A stretch of 27,908 nt of DNA, taken from positions 207,157 through 235,064 of the forward strand of contig CAID01000007.2 in the NCBI GenBank assembly GCA_000214015.2, read 5' to 3'. The position numbers and the translations under genes are program-made. The notes under the pieces were generated by a model, which was not told the origin of the DNA, made no database searches, and saw nothing but the letters and a program-made list of their open reading frames with translations. The DNA is from Ostreococcus tauri. Lineage: Eukaryota. Shown one piece after another: positions 1 to 7,492 of the stretch. Each line of letters starts with the position of its first letter. Position 1 is the stretch's first letter.

Positions 1-654
1 TTCAAGTCGCACGAACGGGCGGATACGATCGCGAGCGGTGGGCGCTACGTCGTCGTCGTGCGGGAACCGTGCGATGTGTTTCATTCGTTTTATGAGTTTT
101 TGCCGGCGTACTGCGGGATAGAGCGAGGGGTGATCGAGAAGGAGGCGTTCGCGGAGGCGGTGTTCGCCGGGGCGTCGCACAGCGGCGGATTCGCGGCGCA
201 CTACGTGAGTTGGTGGAAGGCGCTCGAGCGCGATCCGGAGAACGTGATCATGTTTTGCTTTGAGGATATGAAGGAAAATCTCGGGGACGTCGTGGACGCG
301 GTGTCGGCGTTCATGGGAATCGAGCTCGACGACGACGCGCGCGCGCTCGTCCTCGAGCGCTCGGGATTCGAGTACATGCGTAACAATACGAAGTTCGACG
401 ATCATTTCGTCCGGGAAAAGGTGGCGAAGCAGATGGGAATGGAGGGAACGACGTTTACGGTCGGTAAGGTTCGCGATGGGGGCGGCGCGGTCGGCGATGG
501 CTCTCGCGAGCTCCCGCCGAGCGTGCGAGACGCGATTTCAGAAAAGTGGCGCGCCGAAGTCGCCCCGAACGGTTTCGCAACCTACGGCGACTTCCGACGC
601 GAACTTCGATCCCGATGGCGCACGAAATGGCTGAAACGCCCGGACGACGCGTGA
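1..654 (+). CDS. Sulfotransferase-domain protein, C-terminal part (5' end lies outside the window)
   Basis: Frame 1 is open from base 1 (FKSHERADTIASGGRYVVVVREPCDVFHSFYEF...) to the TGA at 652-654. YVVVVREPCDVFHSFY fits the R-x-P-x-D-x-x-x-S-x-Y 3'-phosphate (PAPS) binding segment of sulfotransferases. FCFEDMKENLGDVVDAVSAFMGIEL fits the conserved YEDLK...FLG region. The track start at 58 is a GTG inside the domain. Confidence 0.7.
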   Translation, partial: FKSHERADTIASGGRYVVVVREPCDVFHSFYEFLPAYCGIERGVIEKEAFAEAVFAGASHSGGFAAHYVSWWKALERDPENVIMFCFEDMKENLGDVVDAVSAFMGIELDDDARALVLERSGFEYMRNNTKFDDHFVREKVAKQMGMEGTTFTVGKVRDGGGAVGDGSRELPPSVRDAISEKWRAEVAPNGFATYGDFRRELRSRWRTKWLKRPDDA

Positions 655-734
655 TCGAGCGCGTTACCGACGATCGACATCGAGTCGACGACCGTCGCCG
701 TCCCCACACTTTGCGACGCGAGCGGTTGAGCGTC

Positions 735-1895
735 ATGCGAGGTGCCGCTCGTTCCAATCGCGCCGCGTCGCCCCCGCCAAAGCGCACGCGACGAATGGGT
801 ACGCGCTCCTCGTCCGCGCGCGTCACCACCGCGTCGGCGAGCGCGACAAGACGCGCGTGGGAGATCTCGAGTAAAGGCTCGCTCAAGAACCTCGAGCTCA
901 ACACCGTCCCGTCCGTCGTTTTAAACCCCGACGAGTGCCGCGTGCGCGTGCGGGCGATCGGGTTGAACTTTGCCGACGTCTTCACCGCGCTGGGGCTGTA
1001 TTCGGCGGCGCCAAAGGGGCGGTTCGTCCCGGGGCTGGAATGCTCGGGCGAAATCGTCGAGCTCCCGAACGGATACGCTGGGGACTTTCACGTCGGCGAT
1101 AAGGTCATGTGCGTCGTTCGGTTCGGTGCGTTCGCGGATGAGGTGGCGGTACCGATGACGCAGATGCGTCCACTTCCAAACGGATGGACCTTTGAAGAGG
1201 GCGCGGGATTTTTGGTACAGGGGTTGACGTCGTATTACGGCTTGCGAGCGCTCGGCGACGTCAAACGTGGCTCCACGGTGCTCGTGCACAGTGCCGCGGG
1301 CGGATGTGGGTTGATGTCGTTGGGTATTTGTGAAGCTGTCGGCGCGGAGCCGATCGCGGTGATCGGGAACGCTGGGAAGGAGGAGACGCTGAAGGAGCGT
1401 TTTCCGTCGCTCAGAGCCGTAATCGTGCGAGATCGCAAACGATTCAAGCAACAGGTGAAGGAGGCGTGTGACTCCATCGGCGCGTCTGAAGGTTGTGATA
1501 TCGTGTTCGATGCAACGCTCGGTGATTTCTTCCAGGGCGGATGGGATAACTTGGCGCGTGGCGGACGTTATGTGGTTTACGGTGCCGCGGATTTGACACC
1601 ACGAGGCGATTCGATCGGTGTCGTAGGTTGGGTCAAGCTGGCGTGGAAATTCTTACGACGTAAGAAAGTGGATCCGCTCATGCTTCCGGGTGAGAACAAA
1701 GGTATCTTAGGCTTCAATTTGATCTGGCAATTCGACAAACAAGAAGAGCTCGCGAGACTGTTGGCAGAGCTCAACGCGTTGAATTTACCGGCGCCGAAAG
1801 TCGGAGCGACTTTCAACTTCACCGATTTACCAGAGGCGATGCGTTTGTTCCAAACGGGCCAAACCACCGGGAAAGTCGTCGTAACAGTTGAATAG
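735..1895 (+). CDS. Medium-chain dehydrogenase/reductase, VAT-1 / zeta-crystallin-like quinone oxidoreductase
   Basis: The track ORF is 546..1895, but its first 36 codons overlap the previous CDS. The first true ATGs after that stop are 735 and 795, both checked in sequence. ECRVRVRAIGLNFADVFTALGLY...PGLECSGEIVEL...VGDKVM is a GroES-like MDR N-domain of the VAT-1 type. VLVHSAAGGCGL is the Rossmann AxxGxxG motif. The C-terminal GQTTGKVVV is typical of the family. Start choice (735 vs 795) is uncertain. Confidence 0.75.
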   Translation: MRGAARSNRAASPPPKRTRRMGTRSSSARVTTASASATRRAWEISSKGSLKNLELNTVPSVVLNPDECRVRVRAIGLNFADVFTALGLYSAAPKGRFVPGLECSGEIVELPNGYAGDFHVGDKVMCVVRFGAFADEVAVPMTQMRPLPNGWTFEEGAGFLVQGLTSYYGLRALGDVKRGSTVLVHSAAGGCGLMSLGICEAVGAEPIAVIGNAGKEETLKERFPSLRAVIVRDRKRFKQQVKEACDSIGASEGCDIVFDATLGDFFQGGWDNLARGGRYVVYGAADLTPRGDSIGVVGWVKLAWKFLRRKKVDPLMLPGENKGILGFNLIWQFDKQEELARLLAELNALNLPAPKVGATFNFTDLPEAMRLFQTGQTTGKVVVTVE

Positions 1896-1983
1896 TGTAG
1901 TAGGCAATATATTAGATCGCCAAAGACATCAACGCGCCCGTTGGGGAGATGGAGGACATCGCGGCGGTTAGTAATTTCGTCTT

Positions 1984-4377
1984 TCACACGCTGGCTATTC
2001 TGTCCGTGAGTTCCTCTATGCGCTCGTCAATGAGCGCGATTATCTTGTCGCCGCTTCCGTACATGCCCGTGCGCATCAAATCTCCTCGTTCCGCAACGAG
2101 ACGCCTGACCTCTTTCTCTGCCGCGCGCTTCTCATTGAGCGTCGCCTCGATGGGCACAAATTTTGGCGGTGGCGGTCTGTTTTCTAAATCTTCAACAGGA
2201 CGAGACGGCTCAGAAGCATCGTGGTCCTGCGTTCGATCTGGTCTCAGCGATAGTGGCGCGCGAGAGGGCTCTGTCGGTCGAGGTGCAACGCGCGCGAAAG
2301 CGCCCTTGGAGAAAGCGTTTGGTCCCGATGCGGCCGCGATATCCGCCCTGAAGGAGCTCATGAACGCGTCCGCGTCGCCGGTCTCTCCGGCGAGCATCTC
2401 GCTCATGAACTCGTTCGCGCTCGGCGCGACTTGCATCCTGTTCGTCACGTTTAGGCCCGCGCGCTCTACGGCTCGACGTAAATGTGCTCGTTCACGCTCA
2501 AGAGCGACGACTTGTCGAGCCATTTTCGTCAGTTGCCCTTTGTATCTCTCTTTTGATTCAGCCTCCTCGTTGGCTTGAGACTCGGCTGCTTCGCAGCGAG
2601 GAATCAAGCGAGAGATTTCAGCCTGCAACGTGGCCTCGTTCGTCTCAAGTTGCGCCTTCTTGTGCGTCGCGAATGCAGATTGTACTTCCATGAGTTGTGC
2701 CTCTGTCTGCTCCAATCGACGGTGCAACGCGTCGCGCTCGCGAACGGCTTCACGAGCCTTTTGTTTCTCCATCTCAACACGATGATCGCACGCCTCCTGA
2801 TTGCGCCGCACCACGTCTTTTGCCTCCTCGCGCGCCGCCGCCGTCTCGCGTTCAAGCTTGTGTTTTCTGTGGTCGAAGTTTTCTTCCAACTCGATCAGCT
2901 TGCGCTCGCGCAACTCCAGATTCATCGCAGCTTCGTGCAGCTTCTTCTCCAATATGCGCGTCCGGTGCTCGGCCTCCTCCGCCTCTCTCATCCGCCTCGT
3001 CTCGTGACGCTTCCACTCGTCCTCTAATATGTTCATGCGCACCGACTCCTTAGATCGCAGTTCTTCATAAAATTTTGTCATCTGGTGTTGCTTCCACACC
3101 TCGAGATCGTACGCAACCTTGTACTCGATCCCAGACCGTGGATCGTCGCTCGGCGGCGGCGCGACGACGTGACGCGTTTGCGCCTTTGACGACGGTGCCG
3201 GAGGCTTCTGCGCGCTCGGCACGGGCGTGGGTGATAAAGCTCTCGGTGTCGGCTTGCGCGCTGGCGGCGGTGGCGTCGACGGGGCGGGTGCCGGATCGTT
3301 AGACGATCCGCGCGCATCGAGTCGGATGTACAATCGAACGCGCCCGACGACGACTCCTTCGTCGTCCACCATCTCAACCCTATACCGCACTTCCGGGCGA
3401 CGAAGCAACTCATCGATCGCGACAATCGCGCGCGCCGTCTTACTGGTGTCCAATACGGACCAAACCTCAAGAACAAGCGCCGGTTTGCGCGAGAGGGTCG
3501 TCGCGAGCGCGGACGGCGCGCACGCGAACCCCACCGAGTCCTCACCGCTTGGAAACACGACCACGTCCCCGGGGCGCGCCGCCGCGCGCACGCTCGGCGC
3601 CGTACGCACGAAATACTCCCCCCTGGCGCGATCGACGCCGAGTTCGCTCGAAAGCACATCATCCATGCCCACGCTCGCCGCCACGGCGGCTCGAAAGTCA
3701 AACGTCGCGCTCGAGCCGACGCGCTCGAACGATTCCACTCGCGCCGTGAGCTCAAACTCTCTCTCACGCGCACCCACTCGCGCCCCCGGTCCACGTTCGC
3801 TCTCGAACGGGGGTAAAAACGCCTCGTCGTCCGATTCCACCGCCGTGGGTTCCGTCTTCGTCCGCGGCGTCCTCCGCGCGCGCGGACTCTCGCGCGCGCC
3901 GCGCCGACTTTCACCCTCCCCACCGATCGCCCGCGTCGTCACCCGCGCCCGCACCTCCCCCCAAATCGTTCCATTCCGCGCGCGCAGCACCACCACGCGC
4001 GCGTCGTCCACGGTATCGCGGTCAATATCCACCTCGCACGCGCCGCGCGCGCGCGTCCGTCCGCGCCCGTCTCGCGCCTCAATCATCACCCGCGCCCTCG
4101 ACCGCGCGAGCGTCCGCGCCCGTCCCTCGGTCCGTCGAAACACCACAACCTCGCCCGCGCCCGCGCCCGCGAACGCGTCCGCGCCGTCTTCCGACCCCAC
4201 GACCGTCGACGATCCATCGTCCCGTTGACCCACCGCGGCGTCGCCGTCGTCCACGCGCGCGCGCCCCCGTCGCGTCTCGCCGTCGTACGCGCACGCGAGC
4301 TCGAGCGCGCGCGATGCGGAGGAATTTTTTCCAATCGTCGCCCCGTCGAGGGCGAGCCGAAGCTCGCGCCCGCGCAT
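1984..4377 (-). CDS. CEP120: CEP120-like centriolar protein (N-terminal C2-like region, Pro-rich linker, C-terminal coiled coil)
   Basis: Continuous ORF 1984..4788. I start it at the ATG at 4375-4377 (MRGRELRLALDG...) because upstream codons would collide with the divergent PRA1 gene. EYKVAYDLEVWKQHQ... followed by about 300 aa of heptad-rich sequence, and the C-terminal LVAERGDLMRTGMYGSGDKIIALIDERIEEL, resemble my recollection of animal CEP120 (EYK..ELE.WKE...; LIEERDTLMRTGVY...ELDRQI). Family assignment is from memory only. Confidence 0.55.
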   Translation of the reverse strand: MRGRELRLALDGATIGKNSSASRALELACAYDGETRRGRARVDDGDAAVGQRDDGSSTVVGSEDGADAFAGAGAGEVVVFRRTEGRARTLARSRARVMIEARDGRGRTRARGACEVDIDRDTVDDARVVVLRARNGTIWGEVRARVTTRAIGGEGESRRGARESPRARRTPRTKTEPTAVESDDEAFLPPFESERGPGARVGAREREFELTARVESFERVGSSATFDFRAAVAASVGMDDVLSSELGVDRARGEYFVRTAPSVRAAARPGDVVVFPSGEDSVGFACAPSALATTLSRKPALVLEVWSVLDTSKTARAIVAIDELLRRPEVRYRVEMVDDEGVVVGRVRLYIRLDARGSSNDPAPAPSTPPPPARKPTPRALSPTPVPSAQKPPAPSSKAQTRHVVAPPPSDDPRSGIEYKVAYDLEVWKQHQMTKFYEELRSKESVRMNILEDEWKRHETRRMREAEEAEHRTRILEKKLHEAAMNLELRERKLIELEENFDHRKHKLERETAAAREEAKDVVRRNQEACDHRVEMEKQKAREAVRERDALHRRLEQTEAQLMEVQSAFATHKKAQLETNEATLQAEISRLIPRCEAAESQANEEAESKERYKGQLTKMARQVVALERERAHLRRAVERAGLNVTNRMQVAPSANEFMSEMLAGETGDADAFMSSFRADIAAASGPNAFSKGAFARVAPRPTEPSRAPLSLRPDRTQDHDASEPSRPVEDLENRPPPPKFVPIEATLNEKRAAEKEVRRLVAERGDLMRTGMYGSGDKIIALIDERIEELTDRIASV

Positions 4378-4476
4378 CGCGCGCGCGCGTGTGCGCGCGC
4401 GCGACCGTTGACGTTTGGTCTTCCGCGGTTGGTTTTTTTCAAAGGCGCACGAGGGTCGGTCGATTTGGCGAGCGCA

Positions 4477-4519
4477 CCGGTCGACGCCTTTCGATGGGAA
4501 CCCGGTCGATGCCTTTCGA
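4477..4519. repeat. Direct 18-mer repeat CCGGTCGA[C/T]GCCTTTCGA x2 (4477-4494 and 4502-4519, period 25 bp) in a divergent promoter
   Basis: Read directly. The two copies differ at one base. A weaker third copy (GGTCGATTTGGCGA) lies at about 4457-4470. Confidence 0.8.
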
Positions 4520-4526
4520 GCGTCGG

Positions 4527-4542
4527 CATCGATCGATCGATG
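4527..4542. repeat. Perfect 16-nt palindrome CATCGATCGATCGATG
   Basis: Read directly. It is self-complementary and sits immediately 3' of the 18-mer repeats, in the spacer between the CEP120-like ATG (4377) and the PRA1 ATG (4706). Confidence 0.8.
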
Positions 4543-4705
4543 GGCGTCGCGCGCGATCGACCGCGCGCGACGCCGCGCACGGGCGCGCGGGACGGTGGCC
4601 ATGCGCGCGGTGCGCGGGGGGGTGTGCGCGCGCGCGCGCGTGGGGGCGCGAGCGACCGGGGCGACGCGACGCGCGACGCGAGGGTGGGATGACGTCGGCG
4701 TCGGG

Positions 4706-5695
4706 ATGATGCCGACGGCGTCGACGCGACGGACGACGGGCGCGGTGACGCGCGCGCGTGGACGGACGGCGCGACCGCGATCGTCCACAGTGCCCGCGCC
4801 CGAGGGTTCGGAGGTGACGATCGCGTTCGATGGGGTGGCGGTGAAGAAGTGGTTCGCGCGCGCGACGGAGGCGCCGTGGGACGCGACGGCGGCGACGTGG
4901 CGCGAGTTCTTCGCGTTGAAGTCGATCGGTGCCGTCGTGGAGGTGGATAACGATCGAGAGACGGTGAACGCGACGGAGGTGGAGAGTCATGGATTGAATT
5001 TTCCGTCGTGTAAGGCGGAGGCGCTGGCGCGGGCGAAGGCGAATACGGTTCGATTTCGACAGAATTATCTCGTCATGGCGGCGGCGGCGGCTCTCATCGG
5101 ATGCGAGTGCGCGGCGTTTGGGCTGGCGTTGACGCTGTTTTACGTTCACTTGGCGGCGACGAGCGATAAAATCTTGGGCGAGCTCGAGCTCGGGACGAGA
5201 GGGGCGCTCAAGTGGAACGCCGAGGTGGTGGCGGGCGTCCCGCGCAAGCGTCTGCGTCGCGTGACGCTCGCGTCGGCGATTGTGTTGTTCTTGCTATCCG
5301 ACGCCACGGCAAACACGTACGCGGTCGTGCGTAGCGTGATGTGGACCAGCGTTGTGGCGGTAATTCACGCCATGCTGCGACCGATCGATCTCAAGGGCAC
5401 GCTCGCAAATATCGTGAAGGAGTTTCGAGCGGCGAAGAGCAAGGAAGAGCTCAAGGACGCGGCGCAGGCTGGTTTCAATTCCATGAAGGCTTGGATCGGG
5501 GAAAAGGTCAAGCCAGAGAACGCCAAGCCGGTTTTCGTCGTGGAGAAGGGTGCGCGAAAGACCAACCGCACGGGCAACGAGGAGGAGGAACAAGCGAAGC
5601 GCGAAAATCCAGACGGCGCCATCGACGTGGACGCGAAGAAGGTTGAAGAAAACAAGTTTTACCTCCCGCATGATCGCGTCGAAGACGACACGTGA
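4706..5695 (+). CDS. PRA1 (prenylated Rab acceptor) family protein with charged C-terminal extension
   Basis: ORF 4415..5695. ATG pair at 4706/4709 (MMPTAST...). TWREFFAL...FPSCKAEALARAKANTVRFRQNYLVMAAAAALIG, followed by hydrophobic hairpin segments (LALTLFYVHL; LASAIVLFLL; VMWTSVVAVIHAML), fits the PRA1 signature (..EA..R...N...F..NY..). An alternative ATG at 4601 is possible. Confidence 0.6.
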   Translation: MMPTASTRRTTGAVTRARGRTARPRSSTVPAPEGSEVTIAFDGVAVKKWFARATEAPWDATAATWREFFALKSIGAVVEVDNDRETVNATEVESHGLNFPSCKAEALARAKANTVRFRQNYLVMAAAAALIGCECAAFGLALTLFYVHLAATSDKILGELELGTRGALKWNAEVVAGVPRKRLRRVTLASAIVLFLLSDATANTYAVVRSVMWTSVVAVIHAMLRPIDLKGTLANIVKEFRAAKSKEELKDAAQAGFNSMKAWIGEKVKPENAKPVFVVEKGARKTNRTGNEEEEQAKRENPDGAIDVDAKKVEENKFYLPHDRVEDDT

Positions 5696-5758
5696 ACTTT
5701 ACTCGATTAATCATGAACTCATCATTAGAAAGAATAATCCCAACCCTCGCGCGCGCGT

Positions 5759-6445
5759 CTATAGCTCGTCTTTCGCCCGTTGCTCTTCCGAGGTGGGAAA
5801 GTACACGCCCTCCGCGCTCGTCCAAAGCGCGTTAGATCCCGGGCTCGCCGCCCCCATCACCTCCTGATGTCCCGCGATCGGTCGTCCATACTTCATATTA
5901 TGCGAGCTCAAATACGCTCCGGTATCTTTATGCTTCAGCCGCACCTTTTTCCCGCGTTCCCACGCGTCGCCGCCGTTCGGGAGCTCCACCACCCAGTGAT
6001 CGCCCGTGTCGCTCGACCCGTCCCCACCGAAGCACGACACTTCGTTATTCCCACTCAGCGGCGATCGATGCAAGTGCGAGTGCAACCACGCGCGCGTGGC
6101 GACGTGTCTCAACCGAATCGTCATCCCCGGCCCGATCGCCTCTCCGCGCGCGCACGTCGCGCCGCCGAGCGCCGGCTCGATCATCCAATACGCCCCCTCA
6201 TCGCTCGATCGCACCGCCGTCACCGACTGCTGTCCAGATCCCGTGGCGTACGCGACCGATTGCGAGGACAGCGCGTGTTTCGTCGCCCCGTGCACGAGCT
6301 TGAGCGCGCTGCCACACGTCACGCGCGCGGGCGATCTGGACGATCCCGACGCGGTGGCGCGCGACGGGCGCGCGAGAACGGCGACGGCGAACGCCACGGC
6401 GACGACCGCGCGAGAGATCACGCGCGCGCGCGTCGAGCGAGGCAT
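5759..6445 (-). CDS. SDF2: Stromal cell-derived factor 2-like protein (three MIR motifs, ER-resident)
   Basis: ATG verified at 6443-6445. N-terminal signal peptide (VVAVAFAVAVLARPSRA). MIR-type repeats are VTCGSALKLVH..T...LSS, TIRLRHVATRAWLHSH and KVRLKHKDTGAYLSSH. The C-terminus is KDEL followed by a stop. Confidence 0.85.
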   Translation of the reverse strand: MPRSTRARVISRAVVAVAFAVAVLARPSRATASGSSRSPARVTCGSALKLVHGATKHALSSQSVAYATGSGQQSVTAVRSSDEGAYWMIEPALGGATCARGEAIGPGMTIRLRHVATRAWLHSHLHRSPLSGNNEVSCFGGDGSSDTGDHWVVELPNGGDAWERGKKVRLKHKDTGAYLSSHNMKYGRPIAGHQEVMGAASPGSNALWTSAEGVYFPTSEEQRAKDEL

Positions 6446-6638
6446 CGGTGCGGTGCGCGTGCGCGGTGCGTCGACGAGTGCGGCGCGGACGCGCGCGGGT
6501 CGAGCGGCGTCGCCCGCGGGCGAACCTCCGGCGCGGTGAACGTCGTCGAGGGCGCTGGACGACGGACGACGGATGACGACGCGGTATATATCAATCGTTC
6601 GCGAGCGACGACGGATGACGCGGGCGTCGAGGCGGCGC

Positions 6639-7247
6639 TCACTTGAAGAGTCGCTCGGGGCGCTCCACGGCGCGCTGTACGCGCCGCTCGAGCTCCTCCG
6701 TCGATTCGATCCAACCGCGCGACGCCTTCAACAGATCGATCTCCCTCGCTTGTCGTCGCAGTGACATCGCGTGCGCGCGTTGGCGCCGTCGTCCCGCGAT
6801 GACGCGCGTCTCTCGCTCGCGTTGACGCGCGCGTTCCTCTCTGGCGCCCGCGCTCGCGCCCGCGCGCGCCGCCCGCGCGCGCGCCTTTTCAGCCAAACGC
6901 TCCGCTTTCTCCGTCGCCGCGACCGCTCTCGCCGCCGTCTCCACCTCCATCGTCGCCTTCGCTCGCGCTTCTCGCTCCGATCGCCACGCCTGGCGCGCGG
7001 CGTTCACCTCGGCGCGCCAGCGCTTGCGCTCGGCGAGCCACGCGCCGTCCCGCGCGCCGTCCCGCGTCCCACCCTCATTCGCCCCGACCGACGTCGACGC
7101 CGACGCGTGGGCGTACGTCCGAGCGCGCGCGTCGTCGTGCCCCCCCACCGCGCGCGCGCCGTCACCAGCGGCGCGCGCGCATCGCACGCGGTGGACGATC
7201 GCGCGCGCGTGCGTCACCAATCGCCCCACCGACGCGCGCGTGAACAT
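6639..7247 (-). CDS. Hypothetical Arg/Ala-rich coiled-coil protein, presequence-like N-terminus
   Basis: The track ORF 6639..7397 starts at a GTG. The first real ATG is 7245-7247 (MFTRASVGRLVTHARAIVHRV..., amphipathic and mitochondrial-presequence-like). The C-terminal third (REIDLLKASRGWIESTEELERRVQRAVERPERLFK) has non-repetitive composition, unlike the overlapping plus-strand ORFs. No family recognised. Confidence 0.4.
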   Translation of the reverse strand: MFTRASVGRLVTHARAIVHRVRCARAAGDGARAVGGHDDARARTYAHASASTSVGANEGGTRDGARDGAWLAERKRWRAEVNAARQAWRSEREARAKATMEVETAARAVAATEKAERLAEKARARAARAGASAGAREERARQRERETRVIAGRRRQRAHAMSLRRQAREIDLLKASRGWIESTEELERRVQRAVERPERLFK

Positions 7248-7492
7248 CGCGACCGCCGCCGCCGCGACCGCGCCCGACGCGCGCGCGACGCGACGACGCG
7301 CGAGATGTACGTCCGACGCACCCGAGGACGCGCGCTCGACGCTTGCGACGCGGTGTGCCGCGCGTGCGACGCGCGCGCGTGTGGGATTTTTCGCCACGGC
7401 GGTGAAAACCTCTCGGGCTCACGCGTGACAAATGTACGAATGCGTCGACGCGGGCGACCGGAGACGTCGACGGAGGTGATTTGAGACGGGAC

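Noticed and set aside
546-734. N-terminal 63 codons of the MDR ORF
   Set aside because: It overlaps the sulfotransferase C-terminus in another frame up to 654, and its Arg-rich translation does not belong to the MDR fold.
3227-4228. 333-aa plus-strand ORF, with 2575..3027, 2697..3053, 3078..3923 and others, overlapping the CEP120-like gene
   Set aside because: The translations are Ser/Thr/Arg/Ala/Pro low complexity. Long open frames on several strands are expected because stop codons are AT-rich and this DNA is extremely GC-rich. Only the minus frame at 1984..4377 carries motif-level similarity.
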